Shown: positions 1 through 8,033 of the stretch, piece by piece
Position numbering within the stretch: position 1 is the first letter of the stretch
How the letters are laid out: each line of letters starts with the position of its first letter
Source: an uncultured virus (IMG/VR IMGVR_UViG_3300044623_000338)
Taxonomy: Duplodnaviria; Heunggongvirae; Uroviricota; Caudoviricetes
Strand: one strand, 5' to 3'
Length of the DNA: 64,000 nucleotides
IMG/VR virus record: IMGVR_UViG_3300044623_000338
Translations under genes and position numbers: made by a program
Notes under the pieces: model-generated
The model's input: only the letters and a program-made list of their open reading frames with translations
Told to the model about the DNA's origin: nothing
The model's database searches: none

Positions 1-646
1 TAGGTACTCGTGGGTCATTGATATACTCATTCATGTCAGGACGTTCATAGTCCTCGAAGCTGGCTAACATAGATGGATACTCAATAGCTGTCGCTATCAC
101 TACAGGGTCAATACCTGCGTTCTGTGCATAATCCCAACGCCATTGCTCAGCAGTAGGCTTGCACATCTTAACCACACAAACCCTATTACGTGCATGGGGT
201 GGCAAGTTATCACCTATACCCTCAACTGCTAGGTTAGTAGTTGCAAAGACTATACTGCCCTCTGGTAGTTCATGGATACCTAGCTTACGCTCTAGCATAA
301 GCCGTAGACAAGCGTTCATCACTGCCTTACCTGCCTTACCTACCTCGTCAAGCATTACGATCAATGGCTTACCTAAGTGAAAGCCGAACTCCTCATTGGG
401 GATGAATGAGCATACTGGTGTACCGTCTATGGTACGTATCTGTGGTACAAGGAAGTCGCCCACATCTTTTGTTGTTATGTCTATGTAGCATGGGATATGG
501 TTGGGGTGGCTCTTTGCTAGAGCCTTAAGGATTGATGACTTGCCAATCCCCATCTCACCCTGTACAAGGACGGTTAGCCGCTCACCTACTGCACTGATGA
601 GCTTGATTGTTTCTTGCATGTTGATTGAACTATATGGTTTTTTCAT
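1..646 (-). CDS. AAA+ ATPase (MoxR/dynein-related-like), truncated by the window start
   Basis: Not in the ORF track. Read manually from ATG 646 (RBS CAGGA): MKKPYSSINMQETIKLI...VLVQGEMGIGKSS (Walker A)...IVMLDEVGK (Walker B)...VFATTN...PHARNR; open to position 1. Confidence 0.85.
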   Translation of the reverse strand, partial: MKKPYSSINMQETIKLISAVGERLTVLVQGEMGIGKSSILKALAKSHPNHIPCYIDITTKDVGDFLVPQIRTIDGTPVCSFIPNEEFGFHLGKPLIVMLDEVGKAGKAVMNACLRLMLERKLGIHELPEGSIVFATTNLAVEGIGDNLPPHARNRVCVVKMCKPTAEQWRWDYAQNAGIDPVVIATAIEYPSMLASFEDYERPDMNEYINDPRVP

Positions 647-663
647 TGTCTTTTCCTGTTGTA

Positions 664-787
664 CTAAGTTAGGTTAATCTAACTTAGCTTTGGTTGGGTG
701 TAGTATTGATACTACGGTTGCCGACCACTTGAGGTGGTGAATCTTCAATCTATGTACTATTATACGCTAGTTGTCCTCCTGTGTCAA
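664..787 (-). promoter_or_regulatory. Early promoter/leader cassette, copy 1
   Basis: TTGACA (787-782), 17 nt, TATAAT (764-759); leader carries palindromes GTAGTATTGATACTAC (700-715) and CTAAGTTAG-N6-CTAACTTAG (664-687). Confidence 0.9.
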
Positions 788-801
788 GCTCTCGCCTACT
801 C

Positions 802-1671
802 CTAGTTCCACTTATCTAACATTGAATCCACATCACGCTTAAGCGTGATCCTTATATAGTCGGACTTCTTAATATCCTGAGCATCAATACCAGTGAAGCT
901 GTCCTCTAACTTGATACGCATAGCCTCCAACTGTGTGTCGCCCTTGATGTTGAAGCTACTAAGCAAACCACACAGCTCCTTAGTGTTATCAAGCACACTA
1001 TCAAACACCTTACCTTTTGACCCATCTTCATTAGTACGCAACCCAAAGCTAAGCTGAGTCAGTATCTTGTACAGCCTGTCGTATGCGTCAGCATGTACTT
1101 TCTCTATGTTAGCCTCATACATGAGGGCATATTGCTCCTGTACTTCCTTAAGCCCCTCGTTGCCTATGTCTACTCTCCAATCACCCACCTCTGGTACTGG
1201 TGTGTATCGTACAACAAACCCAAACTTATCCGTCACCTGCTCTACGTCAGGGTACTCGTCCCTGTTAAACAACGAACCTAACTGAAATGCGGCGGCACTA
1301 ATACGTGTACTGTATCCTGCAATGAATGTACTAACCAAGTCCCAGTATTGTTGCTCAAGCCGTGCCATCTCTTTCTTATATATAAAGAACTGTGCAGTCG
1401 TAAGCAACCTATCGCCATTGTCATTCCAAGGTGAGGTCTGTGTCATGTGGTAAGTACGTATAACCCCTGCCACCTTACCGATTGCCGCAAGTGAGTCATC
1501 ACCTGCTAACAAGTTCTTGTGGTAATTACCAGCCTTAGTCATGGTGCTGTTTGATATATCTACATCATTAGATACCTTTTTATCCAGCTTACGAGCTGTC
1601 CACAATGAGATGTTTAAAGATACCAGCATGGCTGATGATGCTAATGATTTTACGTTTGTTTGTGTTGTCAT
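802..1671 (-). CDS. DUF3150-like phage protein
   Basis: Likely start MTTQTNVKSLASSAMLVSLNISLWTARKLDK at ATG 1671 with GGAG RBS (the track start at 1836 overlaps the upstream gene); sequence and position next to an AAA ATPase resemble the DUF3150 family. Confidence 0.7.
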   Translation of the reverse strand: MTTQTNVKSLASSAMLVSLNISLWTARKLDKKVSNDVDISNSTMTKAGNYHKNLLAGDDSLAAIGKVAGVIRTYHMTQTSPWNDNGDRLLTTAQFFIYKKEMARLEQQYWDLVSTFIAGYSTRISAAAFQLGSLFNRDEYPDVEQVTDKFGFVVRYTPVPEVGDWRVDIGNEGLKEVQEQYALMYEANIEKVHADAYDRLYKILTQLSFGLRTNEDGSKGKVFDSVLDNTKELCGLLSSFNIKGDTQLEAMRIKLEDSFTGIDAQDIKKSDYIRITLKRDVDSMLDKWN

Positions 1672-1729
1672 GTCGTGCTCCAAATTAAAAGTTGCGTAGT
1701 ACGAACATACTACGCTTGAACCCTGTACC

Positions 1730-2017
1730 CTAACTAAAATACGTGGCAACCTTAACTGCATCGCCACATCTACTATACTTAACCAATACACCACTAAAGA
1801 AGCTGTCGTTATGGTAGCCGTCCCACCCATCTCCAAATCCTGAGTCTTTACCTATACACATAAAGTCCTCTAATGTATATACCCAACCCCTATATCTAAA
1901 GAAGCTACTGTTATAAAAAGTTTCTATGTCATACTCACCCTGCTCCTTAACAGTTAAGTCCTCCCAGCACAGTACAGGGCGGTACTGCCCGTTAGTTCTA
2001 ATCGTTATTTCACTCAT
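1730..2017 (-). CDS. Hypothetical early protein (95 aa)
   Basis: Start MSEITIRTN overlaps the upstream stop (ATGA); WDGYHNDSFFSGVLV motif. Confidence 0.75.
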   Translation of the reverse strand: MSEITIRTNGQYRPVLCWEDLTVKEQGEYDIETFYNSSFFRYRGWVYTLEDFMCIGKDSGFGDGWDGYHNDSFFSGVLVKYSRCGDAVKVATYFS

Positions 2018-2334
2018 GCCGCTCTCCCATCTATCCAAATACCAAATGCACCGATGATGGTGTTCTCCCCATCCCACAGCTTACCGTTTAAATACCAATA
2101 ACCTTTCTTCTGTACTATGCTCACATTACTAAGCCCGTTCAGTCGCTCCTTAGTTGTGGGTGTGCTCCAACCACAGTTAGTTATTGTTGTTGCTAGTGGG
2201 GTCTTCTGTGCTATACAGTTCCCATGTAGATACATCCTAACCACACCGTTATCTACAGTAACTTCCGTGTTACTCTTTTTATAAGGCAGGATGTTGTGGA
2301 AACAATCTGCCGCTTGTTCTGTAATCTTTCTCAT
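2014..2334 (-). CDS. Hypothetical early protein
   Basis: CAGGAG RBS; first gene behind promoter cassette 2; LHGNCIA...GWSTPTTKERLN motif. Confidence 0.8.
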   Translation of the reverse strand: MRKITEQAADCFHNILPYKKSNTEVTVDNGVVRMYLHGNCIAQKTPLATTITNCGWSTPTTKERLNGLSNVSIVQKKGYWYLNGKLWDGENTIIGAFGIWIDGRAA

Positions 2335-2353
2335 GATGTTCTCCTGTTGTTAC

Positions 2354-2471
2354 CTAAGTTAGGTTGCTCTAACTTAGCTCGGTGTAGTATTGATACTACG
2401 GTTGCCAACCCCTTAAGGGGGTGAATCTTCAATCTAGGTACTATTATACGCTACTTTCCCTTATATGTCAA
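2354..2471 (-). promoter_or_regulatory. Early promoter/leader cassette, copy 2
   Basis: TTGACA (2471-2466), 17 nt, TATAAT (2448-2443); same two palindromes (2384-2399, 2354-2377); nearly identical to 664-787. Confidence 0.9.
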
Positions 2472-2480
2472 GGGGTTGCG

Positions 2481-2783
2481 TTACTTTCTTAGTGTGTATT
2501 CTTTAATGGTATAGCTGTCATCACCTTTCTTACTGTACTTAGACTTCTCCTGCTCACATGCCATAGGCACAGGCAATGATGTATCTTTTAAGTAGTACGC
2601 ATAGCCACCAAAGATACCCAGTAATATAATCAGTGCTATTAGATTGGCAACTACTCTCCTGTAAAACTCCACCTTATCATGCAGTTCTTGGATGTCTTCC
2701 TCGTGCCCTAGCAATACTCTGTTCATTGCATCGCTTCTAGCTTTTAGTTCTCTTTCTAGTCTTAGTTCGTTAGTTATGCTCAT
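2481..2783 (-). CDS. Hypothetical membrane protein
   Basis: Likely start MSITNELR (CAGGA RBS); coiled coil, then hydrophobic VVANLIALIILLGIFGGYAYY. Confidence 0.7.
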   Translation of the reverse strand: MSITNELRLERELKARSDAMNRVLLGHEEDIQELHDKVEFYRRVVANLIALIILLGIFGGYAYYLKDTSLPVPMACEQEKSKYSKKGDDSYTIKEYTLRK

Positions 2784-2966
2784 GTTCTTATCCTGTTGTG
2801 TGTTATAGGTTGGGTTGGGTGTAGTAGCATGCAAATGGAATCATACACTTATTGCTTGTAAAAGGTATTCACACCTACTACCTCGGGTGTTGTTGACACA
2901 GCCCACACTCCGATATACGGCTGTCTGGGGAATAGCTTGCGCTCCCTCCCAGCTAGGGTCATTTAA

Positions 2967-3092
2967 TCACTTCTTTAAGGCAAGCATCTGCTGATACGTG
3001 CCTGTTGCTATTATACGATAACTATTCCTTACATCTGTCCCTTTACATACAATTACATTACCGTGGTTGTTTATCTGTGCTGAATAAATCAT
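2967..3092 (-). CDS. Small hypothetical protein (41 aa)
   Basis: Read manually: MIYSAQINNHGNVIVCKG...LALKK; ATGA overlap with the upstream gene. Confidence 0.55.
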   Translation of the reverse strand: MIYSAQINNHGNVIVCKGTDVRNSYRIIATGTYQQMLALKK

Positions 3093-3694
3093 GCTAGTTC
3101 TCCATCTTCATTGAAGTCTTGGTAATCCACGCTATCTAAAAAACAATCTAATGACTGCATATACTCATACTCCTTCTCCAAATCACGGTATATCTCTTTC
3201 ATGTACTCACGACATTGCCACTCAATGTCAGCCTCGGCATCTATAATTAGCCGCTCATAGTCCTCACCATCTTCTGTGTCATACTCAGGTAGTATGTTCA
3301 AGTCCCAAGACCCTAGATGTACTGATTTCTCGTGACTATAGTTAGTAGACCCATGTCTTGTAAGTTCCAGATCGTAGTATTCACAAGCCGCACCTCTTGT
3401 ATCAAACGGTATTACAGCCATATATAACTTGGCGTGTTCTTTCTTTAGATCAGGGTGTGCCTCAAGAAACTCCCTAAGGTTTATAGACCCAGTGAAACAT
3501 GCACCATCGCCTTGACTACCAAAGCCTGAGAAGTGCATCTTGTTTGTGTCTGTGTATATACCCAGACCCTCTAACTTCTCTGCCCAATACTCCATTATTG
3601 ATTCCCACCAGTAGTAATCATTTGATTGTGCATATTCTACGTGCCGTTTAAAGGCATGTTCTTTTGCTGTGTCGCTTAGTTCTTTATATTGCAT
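3089..3694 (-). CDS. Acidic early protein with FSGFGSQGDGACF motif
   Basis: Start MQYKELSD with CAGGAG RBS; very D/E/Y-rich. Confidence 0.75.
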   Translation of the reverse strand: MQYKELSDTAKEHAFKRHVEYAQSNDYYWWESIMEYWAEKLEGLGIYTDTNKMHFSGFGSQGDGACFTGSINLREFLEAHPDLKKEHAKLYMAVIPFDTRGAACEYYDLELTRHGSTNYSHEKSVHLGSWDLNILPEYDTEDGEDYERLIIDAEADIEWQCREYMKEIYRDLEKEYEYMQSLDCFLDSVDYQDFNEDGELA

Positions 3695-4100
3695 GATCTT
3701 CTCCTGTAGTATCACATACTACGCTTTCATCTTCTTCCATCTCCTCAAGTTCTGGCTCAATAATGAACCACGCATAGCATGAGTATTCTTCTTGCTCTTC
3801 TTCTGTTACTGGTATGTCTAAGCGTGGGTCAAATATGTCCTGCATAGTGCCTTCTTGCTCTGCATCTTGAAATAGTAACTCTACTGCATCTTGATATAAA
3901 CCCCACTCGTGGTCTGTTTTAAATAGGTTATAGGTCAAGTGGTCGGTGTTCTGCCAATCTAACATACCATCTTTCAGGTCTTGGTATGTGGTGTTACCAT
4001 CTGCATATATACAGAATGAGTATTGATGTCCTCCAAAGTAATCAGGGCAACAAGTTGCCGCATGGTCTATACTCATACTAACTATTTTCTCTTTACTCAT
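3684..4100 (-). CDS. Highly acidic hypothetical early protein
   Basis: First gene behind promoter cassette 3; D/E-rich. Confidence 0.75.
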   Translation of the reverse strand: MSKEKIVSMSIDHAATCCPDYFGGHQYSFCIYADGNTTYQDLKDGMLDWQNTDHLTYNLFKTDHEWGLYQDAVELLFQDAEQEGTMQDIFDPRLDIPVTEEEQEEYSCYAWFIIEPELEEMEEDESVVCDTTGEDHAI

Positions 4101-4128
4101 GTCTGTATTCCTATTAAGGTTGTTAGTG

Positions 4129-4262
4129 CTAAGTTAGGTTGCTCTAACTTAGCTATCTAGGTGTAGTATCAGATACTACGGCTACCGCTTGAGGCGGTGA
4201 ATCTTTCTTCTCTTTCTTCAAACTACAGTACATATTATACGCCTTTTTGAAGCGTTTGTCAA
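4129..4262 (-). promoter_or_regulatory. Early promoter/leader cassette, copy 3
   Basis: TTGACA (4262-4257), 17 nt, TATAAT (4239-4234); palindromes at 4163-4179 and 4129-4152. Confidence 0.88.
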
Positions 4263-4321
4263 GTGTTTGATTTAATTAGTTTTTATTTGTTTTAGGGGTG
4301 TTTTTCCTTGAATCCTGTTTC

Positions 4322-5587
4322 CTATCTCGTCACCAGCACATCACCATTCCTTAGCCTTTGCTTAGTTCCCTTAACTCTTGCCAGCCTCCTGTCGAACTCC
4401 CGCTCCGCATCATCTAAAGACCATGCGTAGAACGCATCTGTGCCTATGTTATGCACTACCCAGTGCCCTTTTATCACCTTTATGTTCCTCTTGTAACTGT
4501 ACACACGCTTACAGGTGAGTATGCGAGGTGGTTTCTTCACTGTCGGGTCTTTAGTGATAGATGCAGTACTGATAGGGTCAGGTTTAATGTTATCCCACTT
4601 TAAATTGAGCGGGTTGCCGTCTCTACACGGCATGCGTTTGGGTTTGTTCGTCTTGTGGCAGTACAGCCTTAGCCCTTGTGGCGCAGTGGTGGTATTTACC
4701 CTGTATGCGTTGTCTAAGCCGTTTGGTTGCCCTGTATTGTAGTTCCAGTCACCTCCTGCACCCATGTATAGGTATGCTAAGTGCTGAGCTGGGTATTTTC
4801 GTCTTGTTGTGCCTACTTTTAGGGTAATACTAGGGTATTGTTGCGATTCTTTATGACTTAACACGTAATAAGTCACCTTTATTGTCGCTAGTGCCGATGT
4901 TTTGTCTGGGTTTCTTATAAGATACTGCCTAGCATAGGCAAATCTAGCAAATCTAGCATCTTTAGCACCTATTTTACTGTTTTTAGCCCTCTCTACCTCT
5001 GTTAGGTAGGTTTCCATTGATACTACGCTGTATCCTGCATGTGAGGGTCTGTGATTACGAGGTTTAATTGGCAATGTGTAAGGGTTCTGAGGCTTCATCG
5101 GCTTAGCAAGGGTAGCTGTGAACTTAACTATAGTACCTGCCAGTGATCCTTCATTCCATTCAAACGTGCCTAGCTCTTGGTCATAATACAGGTGGTGTTG
5201 CAGTTGTTCTTGGGTTAGTAGTTGGGTTTGCGTAGTATCACATACTACGGGTGCTTTTAGGGCTTTTTTAACAGCTCTCTTAATGGTGTACTTGGGTTGG
5301 GTTGATGTTACACCTGTGCTTTTGTTTATGTACGTATAGTTCGCAAGGTCGTATAAAGCATCTATTACTTTGTTGCGTCTGTCCTTATCTGCAATCTGCT
5401 TGGCTAGGTCAGCTTGCGCCTTTTTTTGTTTATCCAACCTATTTTGGGTTGTGTTGTGCTTAACTGCATATCTATAACAAGCGTACTCATTTGCAAATAT
5501 CCTGTTTAGTCTGTGAGCAAGTTCTAAGGCATTTTTGTATCGGTTTGTGGTTATCGGCAAGTTTTGGGTGTTGGATTGGGTTTTCAT
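4322..5587 (-). CDS. Basic protein containing a degenerate HNH(-AP2-like) endonuclease module
   Basis: LTQEQLQHHLYYDQELGTFEW, YPAQHLAYLYMG and CRDGNPLNLKWDNI resemble HNH homing-endonuclease blocks, but the His residues are substituted. Confidence 0.55.
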   Translation of the reverse strand: MKTQSNTQNLPITTNRYKNALELAHRLNRIFANEYACYRYAVKHNTTQNRLDKQKKAQADLAKQIADKDRRNKVIDALYDLANYTYINKSTGVTSTQPKYTIKRAVKKALKAPVVCDTTQTQLLTQEQLQHHLYYDQELGTFEWNEGSLAGTIVKFTATLAKPMKPQNPYTLPIKPRNHRPSHAGYSVVSMETYLTEVERAKNSKIGAKDARFARFAYARQYLIRNPDKTSALATIKVTYYVLSHKESQQYPSITLKVGTTRRKYPAQHLAYLYMGAGGDWNYNTGQPNGLDNAYRVNTTTAPQGLRLYCHKTNKPKRMPCRDGNPLNLKWDNIKPDPISTASITKDPTVKKPPRILTCKRVYSYKRNIKVIKGHWVVHNIGTDAFYAWSLDDAEREFDRRLARVKGTKQRLRNGDVLVTR

Positions 5588-5622
5588 TGTGTTTTCCTGT
5601 TGTGTCTTGTTTTTAGGGTTTT

Positions 5623-5651
5623 ATTGTATATTCCTGTCAGGACAGAGTCAA
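5623..5651 (-). promoter_or_regulatory. Sigma70-type promoter with an inverted repeat in the spacer
   Basis: TTGACT (5651-5646), 17 nt, TACAAT (5628-5623); CTGTC-AG-GACAG lies between the boxes. Confidence 0.7.
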
Positions 5652-6031
5652 GGTTAGGTTGTGGTGCTAACAATTTGCGTTATCTCTCAGCCGTATGTAG
5701 TGTGGCTTGGAGGGTTTAGGTTGGGTATAAATGTATGTAATTAAAGTTTTGGAAATGTGAGCGAGAGAGTGTAAGAAAATGTATATCTCAGCGTACCACC
5801 TACCACAGGGTAGAAAAGAGGAAAAAATAAAAAACTATTCTCTTATTATTATTATTATAATTATAATATATATATAGAGACCTTTTTTTCTTAACTCCCG
5901 CCCCTGCTGGTCTCGCACCATGTTTAAGTTGTTAGCTCCACAACCAAACCACCTATGTTGCCTGACAGCCCAGACCAAACGTAATTTACGCAACGTAATA
6001 GACGTAACAGGTTTCAAGAACAGGTTTCAAA
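5652..6031. other. Non-coding region with inverted repeats, AT-rich tract and short direct repeats (candidate replication origin)
   Basis: 25-bp inverted repeat 5652-5676 / 5926-5950 (22/25 match) flanks an (ATT)n(AT)n tract at ~5842-5876; ACGTAA x3 and AACAGGTTTCAA x2 at ~5979-6030. Confidence 0.45.
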
Positions 6032-6044
6032 ATAAATTTTGGAC

Positions 6045-6073
6045 AAAAAAAAGCCCCTGATAAATCAGGGGCT
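6045..6073 (-). terminator. Rho-independent terminator
   Basis: AGCCCCTGA-TAAA-TCAGGGGCT hairpin followed by a T-run on the minus strand, just after ORF 6082-6957. Confidence 0.9.
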
Positions 6074-6081
6074 AGGTGGTT

Positions 6082-6957
6082 TTAGATTTCAGCTTGTAAC
6101 AAGTCTATCAGTTGTTTGATTTGATCACTTGTAAGTTGTCCACCTATTTTTTTTGCCATTGCATTAACATCAATCTTAGACTGGTTTTTTAGATCCAGTT
6201 TATCCTTGGTGTTTTTTGCAGCTAGGTTAGCTTCATCTAACTTAGTTTTTGCGGCGGCGGCGGCCTTTACCGCTTTTGTGTTGGCGGCGTTGGCCTCTTT
6301 TAATTCTACCTTTAACGCCGCCGCCTTATCGGTGGCTATTTTAAAGGCGTTAGCGCTCATATCACCTGCTTCAGGGTCAATTTTTTTCAGTGCCGCCGTA
6401 TTCTTAAGAATTGCCGCTGCCGTTTCTTTTACTTGCCTAGCGGCCAACGTAGCCGCTTTTGTTGTGGTTTCTACCACTTGGACGTTCAAGTCTACCCGTT
6501 CCAAGCTAAACTCATGTTCAAGGCGGGGTTTATCTTTTCCCGTGTTGTTTGAAAACTTGCCAGTTTTTAACCATAGGTTCAAGGTGCTCACACGTTGTTT
6601 ATTATTGTCGTCTACTTTTTTCTTACTGGGGCGATGTTTTGTATCATCAATCTTACGTTCAAGCAATTGAGCAGGTGATAATTTACTATCACATACGGTG
6701 TTAAATCTAGCTGTAAACTCAGTAACGGCGGCGATATAACTGAACTCGCCTTTATTAGGCGCGGCGTTGGGGTTATAACGAACCGCACCACCGCCTTGCA
6801 CAGACTTAAAACCCGCCGCTCTTAGGGCTTCAAGAGCCTTTATTTTACTATTATAAGCCGTTGTAGTATCTAATAAAATAGCGTCATGTATAGCAACGGC
6901 ATTTAAAAGGTTAGATAATAAAGCCGCCGCAGTTACGTTGTTTGATTCAGTATTCAT
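6082..6957 (-). CDS. Ala/Lys-rich hypothetical protein (first gene of the early arm)
   Basis: 291 aa; own promoter, TAGGA RBS and terminator. Confidence 0.8.
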   Translation of the reverse strand: MNTESNNVTAAALLSNLLNAVAIHDAILLDTTTAYNSKIKALEALRAAGFKSVQGGGAVRYNPNAAPNKGEFSYIAAVTEFTARFNTVCDSKLSPAQLLERKIDDTKHRPSKKKVDDNNKQRVSTLNLWLKTGKFSNNTGKDKPRLEHEFSLERVDLNVQVVETTTKAATLAARQVKETAAAILKNTAALKKIDPEAGDMSANAFKIATDKAAALKVELKEANAANTKAVKAAAAAKTKLDEANLAAKNTKDKLDLKNQSKIDVNAMAKKIGGQLTSDQIKQLIDLLQAEI

Positions 6958-6979
6958 TTGTATATTCCTATAAAGGTTA

Positions 6980-7062
6980 CTAAGTTAGAAGGGTTCTAAC
7001 TTAGGTATAACGCCTTTTGCTAGAAGGTGGTACATTGTCGCATACTTGTCCGCCATTGTCAA
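6980..7062 (-). promoter_or_regulatory. Early promoter plus CTAAGTTAG palindrome
   Basis: TTGACA (7062-7057), 17 nt, TGc-GACAAT (7039-7034); CTAAGTTAG-N7-CTAACTTAG at 6980-7004. Confidence 0.75.
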
Positions 7063-7303
7063 CTAACGTCCAACCTCAGTGGAACAGGATTCCGCCAGCC
7101 CTTGTTATCCGTGGGCTAACGTCTAGGCTGAGGGTACGGTGGGTGGAGCCCCCCTTCTACGTTTGGAGTCCCGTACTGCGCTAATACTGTGTTACACACA
7201 AACAATTAGTAGAATTTTCAAAAACCCAAACCCCACCCACCCCTTACCCTATAAGGCCCCCAAGCCTTTCAAAACAAAAACCCATAAAAATTTTTATAAA
7301 AAT

Positions 7304-7412
7304 TTGACCTTTTCCCCTTTTTTTGATAAACTGCGGGCAGTTTATCAAATCTCCAAATTCCCCCAAGCCCCACCAAAATACCTTGACACCCCCGTAAAAA
7401 AGATGCTAGTCT
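7304..7412 (+). promoter_or_regulatory. Two tandem promoters for the packaging/structural arm
   Basis: TTGACC (7304), 17 nt, TGa-TAAACT (7327); TTGACA (7383), 18 nt, TGc-TAGTCT (7407). Confidence 0.65.
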
Positions 7413-7454
7413 AGAGGGTATCTGAACTTTTAGTTCTGCGAATAACGGTAAATT

Positions 7455-8033
7455 ATGGATTCTGACTTAGACTTAGTACTAGAATTAGAGGCCCTCTTAG
7501 CTCCTTCAGAGAGGGATACAGCCAGTGCATACCTACAGGCACGAGAGGTGTTTGCTGATAGAAGCTTTTTATTGAATAATGGGGTTGCACACGCAGACCT
7601 CCCTCCCGAATACACCCACCAAGAAAAGACCGAGGCCCTGAGTATCTTTTTAGAACAACCAGACGCCCCACTTGCACCTACCACTTCTGGCGCCGCCAAG
7701 GCCCTTGAGAAGCTTTTAAAAAAGTTTGACTACAATCTCCCCAATGCCACAAACAAAATGCGTCAGTACCTCATTTTTAAGATGTTTGAGCTGGCAGAAA
7801 GTGAAGACCCTAAGTTAGCCATAAAAGCCCTTGAGATGCTAGGTAAGGTGTCAGAGATTGGGTTGTTCAGTACCAAGATAGAAGTGACTACAACAGACAA
7901 ACCTACCAACGAGCTGGAAACAGAACTAACATCTCTATTAGCCACATATTCTCTAGGGGATTTAGCAGGGGTAAAAGAGGTGCGGGATACTCGGGTGGAG
8001 TTAACTGACGAAGAGTTGCGAGGTGGGCGCTAA
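7455..8033 (+). CDS. terS: Probable terminase small subunit
   Basis: Directly upstream of terL with TAATG coupling; helical ALEMLGKVSEIGLF motif; call is mostly positional. Confidence 0.6.
   Translation: MDSDLDLVLELEALLAPSERDTASAYLQAREVFADRSFLLNNGVAHADLPPEYTHQEKTEALSIFLEQPDAPLAPTTSGAAKALEKLLKKFDYNLPNATNKMRQYLIFKMFELAESEDPKLAIKALEMLGKVSEIGLFSTKIEVTTTDKPTNELETELTSLLATYSLGDLAGVKEVRDTRVELTDEELRGGR

Noticed and set aside
1672..1836. Extended N-termini given by the ORF track (starts at 1836, 2077, 2834, 3715, 29781, 56856)
   Set aside because: They overlap upstream genes or regulatory motifs; downstream ATGs have proper RBS or stop-start coupling
5835..6017. 60-aa ORF ending in poly-Ile
   Set aside because: Artefact of the (ATT)n tract in the non-coding origin-like region
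6206..6670. 154-aa plus-strand ORF and similar antisense ORFs (e.g. 36366-37043, 52515-52973, 29842-30351)
   Set aside because: They lie opposite well-supported genes and look like codon-bias shadows
7139..7414. 91-aa ORF upstream of terS
   Set aside because: Translation of homopolymer-rich promoter DNA, with no RBS
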